From: Mobula birostris
Lineage: Eukaryota
Assembly: GCF_030028105.1 (NCBI RefSeq)
Contig: NC_092387.1
Span: 17,358,244 to 17,422,243, forward strand
DNA length: 64,000 nucleotides
Reading direction: 5' to 3'
In this document: in pieces, positions 37,950 through 50,902 of the stretch
Layout: every line of letters begins with the position of its first letter
Numbering within the stretch: position 1 is the stretch's first letter
Notes under the pieces: model-generated
What the model was told of the DNA's origin: nothing
Database searches by the model: none
Seen by the model: the letters and a program-made list of their open reading frames with translations, nothing else
Position numbers and translations under genes: made by a program

Positions 37950-39830
37950 TAGAAATGCAAAGCAGTACACAATCCTGGAGGAACACAGGTCAGGCAGCAT
38001 CAATGGAAATGAATAAAGTTTCAGGCCAAGACACTACTTTGGGACTGGCTTGGAAGAGGGAAGATGACAATGAAAAACTGGGGAGAGAAGGAGGTGAGCT
38101 AACTGATAGGTGAAGCTAGGTGGGTCAAGAAGGTAAATAGCTGGAGAGGAAGGAATCTGATAGGGTCATAGGAGGAGGAGGAGACCTAGAGGTAAAGGGC
38201 CAGAGTGGGGAATGGAAGAAAAAGGAAGGGAGAGGATTTTTTTTTTACACCAGAAGAAATTGATATTCATGCCTTAAGGTTGGGGGCTATCCAGATGGAA
38301 TATAAGGTGTTGTTCCTCCACTCTAAGGGTGGCCTCATCTTGGTGCAAGAGTAGGCCTTGGAATAACATGTTGAAATGGGAATCAGAATTAAAACGTTTG
38401 GCCACTGGGGAGTTCCGCTTTTGACGGAGGTCCTCGACAATGTCTCACCAATGTAGAGGAGGCCGCATCAGGAGCACTAGAGAAAACAGATGACCCCACC
38501 AGATTTGCAGGTGAAGTGTTGCCTCACCTGGAAGGAGAATGATGTGTTGGATGCGGAGACTCGTGGGGTGGTCGGTCAGGACAAGGGGAAGTCAAAGGGT
38601 AGAGTAAGGGAAAACCCATTCTTTGAAGAAGGAGGGCATCTCTGATGTTCTGGAAAGGAAAGCAGCATCCTGGGAATGTATGTGGTGGAGAGGAAGAAAC
38701 TAAGAAAAGGGAATAGCATTTTTACAGGGAATGAGGTGGGGGGAGAGAGATAAAGAACAGTGGGAATCAGATTATAAAAACTATTGCTTGATGGAGACAG
38801 GTTGAGAAAGGGGAGGGAGGTGTAAGAAATGCAGATAAATTTAAGGGCAGGGTGGAAGTTGGCGGCAATGTTGACAAAATTGACCAAGCTCAGCACGGGT
38901 GCGTGAAGCAGCACCAATATAGCACAGAAAGAGTTGAGTATTACCCAGGAAGACTTGGAACATACACTATTCTACATAGCCTTGCAGGTGGCCACAGCTA
39001 CTGTACCCCTAGAGTCTTAAGAAAACGGGAGGAGCCAAAGGAAAAATTATTGAGGGTGAGGACCAGTTCTGCTCGACAGGAGGGTACTGTGAAGGGGTAC
39101 TGGTTGTAAAGAAACGAAGAGCTTTAAGGCCTTCTTGATGGGGGAATAGAAGTGCATAGAGACTAGACATCCATGGTGCTGAGGGCCAGGGAATTGAAAG
39201 TTAGTGAGGAAATCGGGAGTATAAGAAGTGTCGTGGATGTAGGTGGAAGGGACTGAAACAAGGGGGACTAAATGGAGTTGACATATGAAGAAATATGTTC
39301 AGTGGTGTAGGAGCAGGCAAACACAATGGGTCTACCTGGACAGTCAAGTTTGTGGATCTTGGGTAGGAGGTAGCAGCAAGCAGTGTGGGGTAAGTGAATT
39401 ATGAGTTTGGTAGCAGTGGATGGGAATTCCTCAGAGGCCAGTGTTGGTGTTGGAGTCAGTTTTCTGACGGTCTGCAATAGGGTCCTCTTCAAGGGACAAT
39501 AGACAATAGGTGCAGGAGTAGGCCATTCGGCCCTTCGAGCCAGCACTGCCATTCACTGTCGGGTAGTTATGACTTGTCTGAGAGTTGCCACCTGGCTCTG
39601 AAAGGTGGAGATCAGTCTGCCACACTACAACAGCATCCCCCTCGTCTGTGGATTTGATGGTAATTTTAGGATTGGTCTGGAGAATAGTGCGTTTAGAGGG
39701 GGTAAGGTGCACAGGAGAGAGTAGAGTGCTGAAGCCAAACCAGTTGCAATTTGAGGTGAAAAGATTCAGAACAAGCAGAGAACTAGAGCAGCTGTCCAAG
39801 GAGAGACGAAGGGTTAGAGATGGGAGGAGG
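37950..39830 (-). mobile_element. Penelope-like element, degraded
   Basis: IKSTDEGDAVVVW, YLLPKIHKLDCPGRPIV, NFHPALKF. Terminal repeat at about 37960-38050. Confidence 0.8.
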
Positions 39831-42039
39831 AGTCATAAATCATAATGCTCAAACTACTAACAAGTTTACATAGCCCTTCAACTGTTTAAGAAAATGGCAT
39901 AATTTAAGACTCTGGAGTTAAGCAATGCATTATGGCTTTGCTAACAACAGCTTATTTTGAAGATGATGAAACTTATTCACAGTTCAGCTCAATTTAAATG
40001 AAAACAAATTATTAAAAATGTTGCATATGTTTGTATGGCATTTCCCCGAAGTTTCTGTAAGTGAGATGTCAACTATGCAGCCAAAAAAACTTAAAGTTGT
40101 ATTCAGTTATCTGATTTGAACAGTGTAGTTCCGAGTTTAAAAAAAAGACTTTAAAACTACTTGATTATAAGTTGCATCTTTAGACAGTGGAAGTGCTGCT
40201 ACGAAATGTGGTGGGAAGGTGAGATTGGCTTAAAGTGAGGCATTCTGCTGCTGAATTATCTATCCCTGCACATGGAAGAGAGTCAGTGAATAATCTAAAC
40301 TGATTTTTCAAATTGAGACAATGAGAAGAAGTCCATTCATTTTCCTTGTTACAGCATCAGAAAGAGGCAGATGACATGAGAATTTCAAACCATTCTTCAA
40401 CAAGGATAAAGATGTGGTTGGAATCTCAACAAATGTAGCTTATATTATTAATGGGGTAAAATTGTAAAATGAGGTAGAACGAGGGGAGATTTGATAAAGG
40501 TTTACAGAATTGAAGGGTATAAATGGGGTTAATTCAAGTGGGCTTTTTCCAGTGAGGTTGGGTGAAACTAGAACTAGAGATCATAGGTTTAAGGTGAAAG
40601 GTGAAATATTTAAGGGGAACTTCACTTATTGGTGTGAACATAAAGGAGATACCAGCAGAAATGATAGATATGGGATCAATTGTAACATTTACTTGCCACT
40701 GATCAGCACATGACAGTTATTTACCCCTCAGCCATCAGGCTCTTGAACAGGAGGGGATAATTTCACTTGCCCCATCACTGTTCCCACACCTTTTGAGGAC
40801 TTTCCATCTCATGTTCTCAATATATATTTCTTATCTATTTTTGTTGTTTTTTCTTTTTGTACTTTCACAGTTTGTTGTCTTGCAAGTTGGGTTGTCCACC
40901 CAGTTGGTGCAGTCTTTCATTGATTCTATTATGGTTATTGGATTTATTGAGTATGCCTGCAAGAAAAGGAATCTCTGTGGGTCGTATATGGTGACATATA
41001 TGTACTTTGATAATAAATTTACTTTGAACTTTGATAGGGATTTTACTGTGTGATAGATTGGACTTTTTCATTTGCTGAGAAGTTGCCAAGTTTCACAGAC
41101 TTTCCATAGGTAACAAAAAAACTGAAAGCAAGTCCATTGGCGATGACAAGGCTGCAAATTAATGTGGCAGTCATGTTTATAACATGCAAGTTTCATCTCG
41201 TCTGCTTTAGTTTGCCAAACCAAGTTTACATACAGTTTTTAAAAACTCGCATAATCTGCTGTTTGTTTCCAGGTGATGGTTTTACCATTTCCACTCTTCA
41301 GATCCCAATTTCCCACACTCCTCCGCTCGCCCGGATTTCCACAATCCCAACCACTTGCCAGATCCCAGTTCCAGCATTCCCTGGCCACTCGGCGGGGTCT
41401 GCGCGCCGGCACTTCTCGATCTCTAGCGGATCCCCGGTTGCCCTGTACCCTGTCCATCCACCGGGTCCCTGCTTCCTGCACTCTATAAACTCACCTGTTT
41501 TTTGTTGGCTGCCCTCTCTTGAAACTTAAACACGAGATTCTACCGACGCTGGAAATGCAGAATAACACACAAAATGCTGCAGGAACTCAGCAAGTTAGGC
41601 AGCATCCTTTAGAAGTAATAAAGAGTCGAAATGTCGGGTCGATACTCTTCATAATCCTGAAACAACACTAAAAAAAACCGTGGAGACACTCATGAGGTTC
41701 GGTCGCATCTATGAAGGGAGATGAACAGTCGCTGTTTTGGGCTGAGACCCTTCATCTCGAGTTCCCCCAGCACTTTTAAAATCTAGAATTAGCTGGGTTG
41801 TTATTTGCCCCGCTTCTTGCGACGAGAACATTTCTGGGCAATTAATCACATTGTCAGGTAGATGTCAGTGTTGTAACTATGAGAAGGCAGCGCTGCGGCT
41901 GTGACATTGGTCGTGTCCCGTGCTCACGGCTGCAGCTTGATGTCACGAATTTGAATTGGATGAAGTCTGTTGTCGAGATCTCAGGAGATGGCATTTCTGG
42001 CTGAACGTGGCAGAGTGGCAATTTGTTTTAAATCTTAAC

Positions 42040-42520
42040 TGAAGGAATCGGCCCTTTTCAACATCGTTTCACAGGGTAAGTTGCTAGTTGGCCGATGACT
42101 GCGGGGATTGAACTGCGGGTGGGCTGCTGGTTGGCCACCGGCTTCAGTTTGGAGCGGCCGGCGAGAGGTGAGGAGGAGCCGGAGCCGGGGCCGGGGCCGG
42201 GGCCGAGGCCGAGCGTGGGGAGAGACCGGGGACTGGATTTTATTTTGCGGGGTTGGGGGGGCGCAGGGGGTTTATACGTGTCTTGGGTTAGGATCGGGGC
42301 CGGTTGGAAGGGTCGAGGGAGAGGGGGAGGCGAAAGGAGGAGGAGGGCAGAGGGTCGAGGAGGTCCAGAGCTTTTACCCAGGTGAGTGGTCTGATTTGCA
42401 CTCTCACATTCCGGGTGTGGTGATAAAATCCCAAAAGGATGTGGAGCTGTTTCCCAATCGGTCGGCCCATTGGTGATATGGGTCCTTGGCAGTGTGCGGG
42501 CTGGGGTCATTCGTGGCCTG
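42040..42520 (+). promoter_or_regulatory. CpG island with non-coding first exon(s), probably the 5' end of CSNK1G1
   Basis: High GC/CpG content. Strong donors AGG|GTAAGT (42076), GAG|GTGAGG (42168), CAG|GTGAGT (42382). Gene identity rests only on the vertebrate order TRIP4<-, ->PCLAF, ->CSNK1G1; no kinase exon was found in the window. Confidence 0.55.
42175..42210 (+). repeat. GC hexamer array (GGAGCC)2(GGGGCC)3 GAGGCC
   Basis: Read directly from the sequence. Confidence 0.9.
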
Positions 42521-42711
42521 ATGAATCTCCTTGCCTCACTCGGCATCAAAATCACATCAACTTCTCCCCATTAGAACATTAGGGAAATTGACCTTGCCAT
42601 CCCCGAAGCCCAGCCTACTGGTGAACATACTCAACAGGTCAGCGACGTCTCTGGAAACAGAAATAGTTAATATTTTTGACATCTTTTGTCACAGGGTCTC
42701 AGACATGAAAC

Positions 42712-43069
42712 ATAGAACATAGAATAGTACAGGCCCTTCGGCCCACAGTGTTGTGCCGACCCTCAAACCCTGCCTCTCATATAAGCCCCCACCTTAAATT
42801 CCTCCATATACCTGTCTAGTAGTCTCTTAAACTTCACCAGTGTATCTGCCTCCACCACCGACTCAGGCAGTGCATTCCACGCACCAACCACTCTCTGAGT
42901 AAAAAACCTTCCTCTAATATCCCACTTGAACTTCCCACCCTCTACCTTAAAGTCATGTCCTCTTCTATTGAGCAGTGGTGCCCTGGGGAAGAGGCGCTGG
43001 CTATCCACTCTATCTATTCCTCTTATTATCTTGTACACCTCTATCATGTCTCCTCTCATCCTCCTTCTC
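42712..43069 (-). mobile_element. CR1 3' fragment with AAAC TSD
   Basis: RRRMRGDMIEVYKI...FFTQRVVGAWNALP and tail (catagaa)n. AAAC at 42708-42711 and 43070-43073. Confidence 0.85.
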
Positions 43070-44479
43070 AAACGTTAACTCATCTTCCAGCTCCACAGAT
43101 GTCGCCCAAGCTGCTGAGTGTTTCCAGAATTCTCTGTTTTTATTTCAGGTTTCTATATCTTTTCACTCCCAATACTCTTGTATTGATCGGGTGTGTAGTT
43201 TGCATTTAAAGACTTAATTTCTTATAGTGCCTCTGCTGCCCTTTGAATGTGCTATGGAGCAGTGAAGTACTTTTTGGACGTTTAAGGTCAGCAAATTTGT
43301 CACTACAAACAACACTGGAAAGATAATTGGCATCTAACCTAAACATTGCTGTTGATTGAGGGGTAATTATTGGTAAATCCACTGGGGAGAACCGTTCCTG
43401 AAAATGATTTGTTCTTATTAGAGACGCCGTTATGGAGGAACTAAGTCGGGCATTGTCAGTTAGCTTCACCGTCTCTCATGATCCAAACAGCATCGCAGCA
43501 CCACATCCCCGCCTTGCCCAGTATAAAGTCAAATACAATGCCCAGGAGCAGGCCGAACGCAGACGGAAACTTCTGGAAATCCAAAAATCGTAAGTCAGAA
43601 AACACAACTGAATCGTTAATAATCGTAGACATTGGACATAAGATCATCAGACTTTGGAGCAGAATTAGGCCTTTTGGCTCATCCAGTCTGCTCTGCCATT
43701 TGATCTGGGGGCCGATTTTTTTCCCCCCTCTCAACACCGTTCGTCTGCCTTCTTTCCATAACCTTTGATGCCCTTCCTAATCAAGAACCTATCAAATTCA
43801 GCTTTTTTGCCACAGTAGCGTAGCAGTTAGTGCAGTGCTATTATAGCTTGGGACATTGAAGTTTAATTCCAGCACAGTCTGTAAGGTTCTCCCCATAACT
43901 GCCTGGATTTCCACCCACAGTCCAAAGAAGTTCTGGTTAGTAGGTTAATTGGTCATTGTAAATTGTCATATGATCAGGCTGGAATTAAAAAGATGGCTTG
44001 TTGGGCAGTGCAGCTCATTGGGCTGGGAAGGGCCTGTTTCATGCTGTCTTTCTAAATAATAAAATGAACAATCAAACAAACAAACCCAGTGACCTGGCCT
44101 CCACAGCTGTCTGTGGCAATAAATTCCACAGGTTCACCGTGCTCTGGCTAAACAAAATTCCACCTCATTTCTGTTCTGAAGAGATGTACATCTATTCTGC
44201 AGCTATTCCCTCAGATCCTAGACTATCCCCCATTGGAAACATCCTCACCGTGTCCACTATGTCTAGGCCTATCAATATTCAGTAGGTTTCAATGAGATCT
44301 CCCCTCAATCTGCTACAGTTTCAGATAGTTTGTTTTTGAGGTCTCACTTCCCAAAATGGATTATCTGCACTTTAGGATGTTGTGGAAGTGCCTCTTGTTA
44401 TGATGACTAGTGGGGGAAATATATACTAACTCTGCAAACTTAGTGGGTTGTAAATGTGTTATTCCATTTTCTGCCCTGC

Positions 44480-44765
44480 AGAGGGGTGCGTAACACCATA
44501 GTGGTTAGCACAACACTTTACAGTACAATCGACTGGGATTCATCTTCCGCTGCTGTCTGTAAGGAGTTTGTACGTACTTCCCGTGACCGTGTGACTGCCC
44601 TCCGGGTGCTCCGGTTTCCTCCCGCAGTCCAAAGACGTACCAGTTAGTCGGTTACTTGGTCATTGTAAATTGTACCATGATTAGGCTAAAACTAATTCGG
44701 GATTTCTGGGCGGCGCACCTCGAAGCGCTGGAAGGGTCTATTCTGCGCTAAATCCCAATGAATAA
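44480..44765 (+). mobile_element. tRNA-derived V-SINE-like element
   Basis: A-box-like tagtggttagc and V-domain core gggtgctccggtttcctccc..agtccaaagacgt. Similar decayed copies at about 4230-4520, 22985-23130 and 43810-44065. Confidence 0.7.
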
Positions 44766-45175
44766 TGCTGGAAATGCGGTGCTCAATTTTTATTTTGTAA
44801 GGTTGGTATTTGATAGCTAATGTGTTGAACTGCGGGCATTACTTCTCACTCATGCCTCGCCGCATTCTGCACAAAGGAGGTGCTGGATTAGAGAGGGCCA
44901 GTGTTCATCAGAACAGGTCCCAGTGATAGTTTGGCTTTTGCAGATGACTGGAGGGAAAGTGCAAGGAGAGCCAACCTCCAACAAACTGGAGTCGTACCCT
45001 ACAGAAACATGCCCTCTGGCCCACCATCATCAACCACCCGTCTACACTACTCCTTCACTGAGTCCCACACTTGTATCAACTCCTCCCACTCACCTACGAA
45101 TCAGTGGGGGTTTACTGTGCCCAGTTAACCTACTAATCAATCTGCATGTAAATGGGAGGAAACCTGGACAGTCAC

Positions 45176-45762
45176 TGTACAGTGTGCTGCTGAGGCTTCA
45201 GAGATGACTTTTATGTCTTGGAGTTTCATGGCTGTCAGGGACTGTAAACGTAACTTTGCTGGATCAAATAACGACAGCACAAAAAGATCATTACTTATCT
45301 TTCCACCCGTTTATTTCTTCGAGCTCAGCTGGCGAGTGAACTTGGACCCGACATCCGGGAGAGACCCTTTCTCATCTCCCCGGCGGTTCTACAAGTTCAC
45401 TGCCCGATGTCAGAATTGTCAGAACTTATAAGGCCACTGATACAAAAGAACAATCAGTTTGATAACCATTCCAGTCAAGTCAATGGACTATTGATACAAA
45501 AGTACAATCAGTTTGTTAGACATTCCAGCCACATTAATTAAAGAAAGGAATGTCCTACCTGGTTTGCTGGAGCCACAACTTAATTACAAAGATAAGAACA
45601 TCCGTCAAATTTATGCTTTAATTAAGAAAGGAATGTTCTGTCTAATTTCCATCAGTTACTGCTTTTTGTCAAAATCAAAAGGTGTGAAAAGCCCAGAGAC
45701 ATCTATGTGGATCTGGGCGAACTTTAACCCTTATCTTCTCCAAAGAAGGCAGCTGTGAGACA
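45176..45762 (-). mobile_element. Possible solo LTR
   Basis: TG...CA ends, tandem U3-like direct repeats, TATAA at about 45426. TSD not found. Confidence 0.35.
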
Positions 45763-46412
45763 TTATTCAAACACACTGCAGTCACAGACATAGTCAGTAC
45801 TGAATCCATTGTTTACAGGAATCTTGAGTATTCCCCCATTCCCTTAAACTTTATCAGGACCAATGTGATTTGATTTGGGAATGAGGAGGAGAAAGAAAGG
45901 AAGGGAAAAATGTGAGTGCACATAATCATACACACACCCAGTCTACTTCCCAATGTGTATAGATGTGCATGGTACAGCCTCTCGTGGTTTAGTAATGTTC
46001 AAGGGTGGTAGTACAAGATTCCCTCAGTTTGTCACTGACTTTGCAATTAATCCCCAGAGCGGGGCATGAAACCACTACTTTCCAACTTGTGTGTGTAAGC
46101 GCTGAGGATAAATTTGGATCAAATCAGCGTTTGCCTTGCAACACTATTCCTTGCACTGTATCCCTACTGGCCTTTGACAGAGTAAGCTATACAGCCTGCT
46201 CATGCTCCTGTTTGATATGTTTCTGCCGTCAGTCTTTTCCTCTTCTAATGCAAAAGCACTGACCTGAGAAGTTAACTGTGTTGGTCTTGCCAAAGACGAT
46301 AGCTGAGCCCTGTATCATTTCAGACATTCTCTGTTCTTATTATAAAGGCAATTTAATTTAATGTCACTTTCTGCCCAGTATGTTTTCTTTAACTGAAAAC
46401 GTGCTTTGGTTA

Positions 46413-47220
46413 TACTGGACAATAATTTTTTTTTGCAAGTTTTGTTTCCTCGGAAGTATTTTTTTGTTTATGTTAGATAACTTGAAGCTGAACTCAAATA
46501 TAATTTCAGACTACTTGTATCATGTAGGAATTTGGAGAAACAAGAAATTAACTTTTATTGAACATAACGTGTTTAACTGCATAACAGTGCTGATATTTTG
46601 CAATAATTCAACTAAGCAAAAAAAATTTTGTTGATAATTTTCATTTGCATTCAGTGTTTCTCGTTTAAGTATCCAACAATAATGAGCCAGCATTGATGGA
46701 TTCCAATTGCTCTGATACCATTTCTCCATGACTGCAAAGTCCTAGTGAAACCTTTCACCATGCTTGTCATTGACAGCGCCAAGATTTACAGGGAAGAAGT
46801 CTAAATGGGAATGCAGAAAATGAATCTTTAGTGACACATTGCACTTCGTGGTTTGTTCTTTTTTATTGCTCGAAGCACGTTATCAGCCAGCTGCACGTAG
46901 TTTGGTGCTCTTTTGTTGCCAAGAAAATTTTCAACAAAATCTTTGAATGCCTTGCATGTGATTTTCTCCGGACCCCCTAGAAGTTCTTTGAATTGTCTGT
47001 CATTGATGACCTGTTTTATTTGGGGACCAACAAAAGTGCCTTCCTTAATCTTGGCATCAGTTATTTTGACTTGAATTATGAATTGAAATAGCAAGTGCAG
47101 GTGATTTTAAAAAAATAGTATGTGATAGGGAAATTTCATGATGATGTTCATAATCAGCAGCCCAAAATCCAAAAGATATATCTAAAAGTATTCAGGAAGC
47201 AAAATTTGTCCTGACCAGTG
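46413..47220 (-). mobile_element. Chapaev3-type (CMC) DNA transposon deletion derivative
   Basis: Transposase remnant DAKIKEGTFVGPQI...LKIHFLHSHLDFFP.NLGAV.DKHGERFH.D...MEK.YQ..WNPSMLA.YCW. Termini TACTGGAC (probable C>T) and ACCAGTG, with TTA on both sides. Confidence 0.8.
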
Positions 47221-48589
47221 TTACTATCTTATGGTGGGAGCTTACTGTGCAGAATTAATTACTGTATTTCCCTTATTGCAACAGCGGTAACAAAAATGGG
47301 GCTTTGGATTGTTCTAAGGTTGTTAACTCAAATAAATGCAGGTCCTTTCCCTCTTGCATTGTACTTAAGCTTTTCACTGCAGCAACTTCATATTCACTTG
47401 CTCTTTTCTGGATCAAAGGCAGCGGCTGAACTACGTTAATCACGCAAGGCGTCTGGCTGAAGATGACTGGACGGGAGGTGAGGACAGTGGGGAGAAGTCC
47501 GATGAGAAAGAGGAAATGGAAGTTGAGGTGGCAAAGAAGAAACTGCCCAAACGTTATGCAAACCAGGTCAGCAGATATTCAGAAAGTCACTTTCCAAGTG
47601 TGTTCTCCAAGGAAACAATTCAGCATTGTATTGGGAATATGGGCAGTACTGATGCTGCTTCATCATTCCAAATCCAGCTTCATTTTCCTTGATGGTCATT
47701 GTCAGGTGCACAGATACATGTATGCACAGGTACAATGACAATACTTTCAGCAACATCAGAAACATATAGTATCAAATATGCAGCATTCACAAGCAAATCA
47801 TAAACATAAGTTAGAGTCATAGTCAGAGAGCAACACAGCACAGAAACAGGCCCTTCTGCCCGATGAATCATGCTGACCACATTGCTCACTCAGCTAGATA
47901 GATAAATTCTTTATTCATCCCAAAGGAGATTAGTGTCACAGTAATATTACAAGTGCACAGATATACAAATATTAGAAGAGATATAAGAAAGAATAAAAGT
48001 AAGTGACCTCAAACAGTCTTGTCCTTTGTCCTATTACAGCCTAGAGTGTGTCCAGTTTGATTCCTATAACAGGACCAGCCTTTCTAATCAGTTTATTCAG
48101 CCTGTTGGCATCACCTGTGTTGATGCATTTGCCCCAGAACACCACCACTTAGAAAATTGTACTGACGATATAGACTGGTAGAACTTGTGAAGGAGAGGCC
48201 ACGCTGGCCCTTCTTGTACACAGCCTCTGTTGGTGTTCCACTCAGGTCTATCATTTATGTGCATCCCCAGTTACTTGTAGGTCCTCACCACATCCACATC
48301 CTCACCATCAGTAGTAACAGGGAGCTGTGCAGGCTTGGTCTTCCTGAAGTCGATCTCCATCTCCTTTGTCTTACTGATCTTGAGTTCCAAATTCATGCGT
48401 TTGGCCATATATCCCTCTATGCCTTGACCTTGTATGTCCCTATTCAAGGGCTTCTCAAATTATATTATTGAACCTGCCTTAACCTCTTCCTCCTACAGCT
48501 CATCCGATATACCTACTGTCATCTGCTTGAAGAAGTTGCCTCTCAGATCCCTTTTAAGTCTTTCTCTTCTGCCCCTAAACAGCACACCC

Positions 48590-50902
48590 TGGCACCCTTA
48601 CCATCATATTGGGGGATTTTAACCAGGCCAGCTTGAAAAAGTCACTAAATAATTATCATCAACAAATCACTTGTAGTACCAGAGGAAACAACACACTGGA
48701 CCACTGTTACATCACCATCAAGAGCGCTTACCGTGCTGTCTCACACCCACACTTTGGAAAGTCTGATCACCTGGCTGTACTTCTATTCCTGAGTATAGGC
48801 AGAGACTGAAGACTACAGCACCAGTAGTGAGGACCAAGAAGGTATGGACCAGGGAAGCACAGAAGCGATTACAGTACGGCTTTGATTCGGTGGACTGGAC
48901 TGTCTTCAGAAATTCATCTTTGAATCTGGATGAGTACGCCACAGTTGTCACCAACTTCATTAGAAGCTGCGTGGATGAGTGTGTGCCTTTGAAAACTTGC
49001 TGTACATTCTCAAACCAAAAGCAGTGGAGAACCAGGAGGTTCGTCGTCTGCTGAGGGCTTGATCTGTAGTATCTTTAAGTCTAGCATCCTCGGTCTGTAC
49101 TTGAAATCCAGGTATAACTTCCTATTTCAAGAGTGAAGTAACAGTTCCGAGCGAGGTTGGTGGCGATGTCAGATGCATGTCAACTCTGGCAGGGTCTGCA
49201 AGACATTACTTTCTACAAAGCGAAACCTATTAGCATGAATGGCAGCAATGCTTCACTACCAGATGAGCTCAACACCTGTTATGTCCACTTTGAAAGGGAG
49301 AATACAAATAGCTGTGAAAGTCCCTGCCACACCCGATGACCCTGTGATCTCTGTCTCAGAGGCTGATGTTAGGCTGTCTAGTGAACCCTCACAAGGCAGC
49401 AAGCCCCAATGGAGTACCTGGTAAGGTTCTAAAAACTTATGCCAACCAACTGGCGGATTATTGAAAGACATTTTCAACCTCTCACTGCTACAGTTGGAAG
49501 TTCCCACCTGCTTCAAAAGGGCAACAATTATACTGGTGCCCAAGAAGAGCAGTGTGAGCTGCCATAATGACTATCGTCCAGTAGCACTCACATCTACGGT
49601 GATTGAAATACTTTGAGAGGTTGATCATGTCTAGAATCAACTCCTGCTTCCGCAAGGACCTGGACCCACTGCAATTTGCCTATCACCACAATAGGTCAAC
49701 AACAGAGGCAATCTTAATGGCTCTTCACATGGCCTTAGATCATCTGGACAATACAAATAACTATGTCAGGATGCTGTTTGTTGACTATAACTCAGTGTTC
49801 AACACCATCAATCCCACAATCCTGATTGATAAGCTCCAGAACCTGGGCCTCGGTAGCTCCCTCTGCAATTGGATCCCTGACTCCCTAACCGGAAGACCAC
49901 AATCTGTGCGGATTGGTAATAATATCTCCTCCTTGCTGATGATCAACAGTGTTGTACCTCGGATGTGTGCTAAGCCCACAGCTCTAATCTCTGTATACCA
50001 ATGATTGTGTGGCTGGGCATAGCTCAAAAGCCATCCATAAATTTGCTGATGATACAACTATTGTTGGCAGAATCTGAGATGGAAACGAGAGGGCATACAG
50101 GAGTGAGATATACTGGCTAGTTGAGCAGTGTCGCAGCAAAAACCTTGCACTCAATGCCATTGAGATTAAAGAGCTGGTTGTGGACTGTGGAAAGGGAACA
50201 CAAACCAGTCCTCATAGAGGGATCAGAAGTGGAGAGAGTGAGCAATTTCAAGTTTCTGTGTGTCAAGATCTCTGTGGACCTAAGCTGGTACCAACATATT
50301 GATGCAGCTATAAAGAAGGCAAAACAGTGGCTATATTTCATTTGGAGTTTGAGGAGATTTGGTCACCTAAAACACTCAAAGATTTTTACAGATGTACTGT
50401 GGAGAGCATTCTGACAGGTTACATCACTGGTAAGGGAGGAGGGCTACAGCACAGGATCAAAAGAAGCTACAGAAAGTTGTAAAAATTCGTCATCTTCATC
50501 TTGGGTACTCGCCACCGTAGTAGCCAAGATGTCTTTAAGGAGTGGTGCCTCAGAAAGGCAGTGTCCATCATTAAGGACCGCCATCACCCAGGGCATGTTC
50601 TCTCCTCATCGTTACTGTCAGAAAGGAGGGGCAGAAGCATGAAAGCACACCGTCAGCAGTTCAGGAACAGCTTCTTCCCCTCTGCCATCCGATTCCTAAA
50701 TGGACATTGAATGCGTGAATACTACCTCACCTTTTTATTATTTCTGTTTTTGCACTATTTTTAATTTAATTTTTTATATATATCCCCTCCTGTAATTGAT
50801 TTACTTTTTTCTATATTGTTACGTATTACATTGTACTGCTGTCATTATGTTAACAGATTTCACGACACATGCTAGTGATATTAAACCTGATTCTGATTCT
50901 GA
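48590..50902 (+). mobile_element. Rex1/Babar LINE, degraded
   Basis: GDFNQASL, PHFGKSDH, DPLQFAY..NRST, RMLFVDYNSVFNTI, FADD. (CTGATT)n tail. Confidence 0.88.

Noticed and set aside
42058-42555. Pro/Gly-rich ORFs (165, 122 and 96 aa)
   Set aside because: Low-complexity by-products of the CpG island and hexamer array, with no domain similarity.
44480-44560. tRNA gene
   Set aside because: Only a degenerate tRNA-like SINE head followed by a V-SINE core; no cloverleaf.
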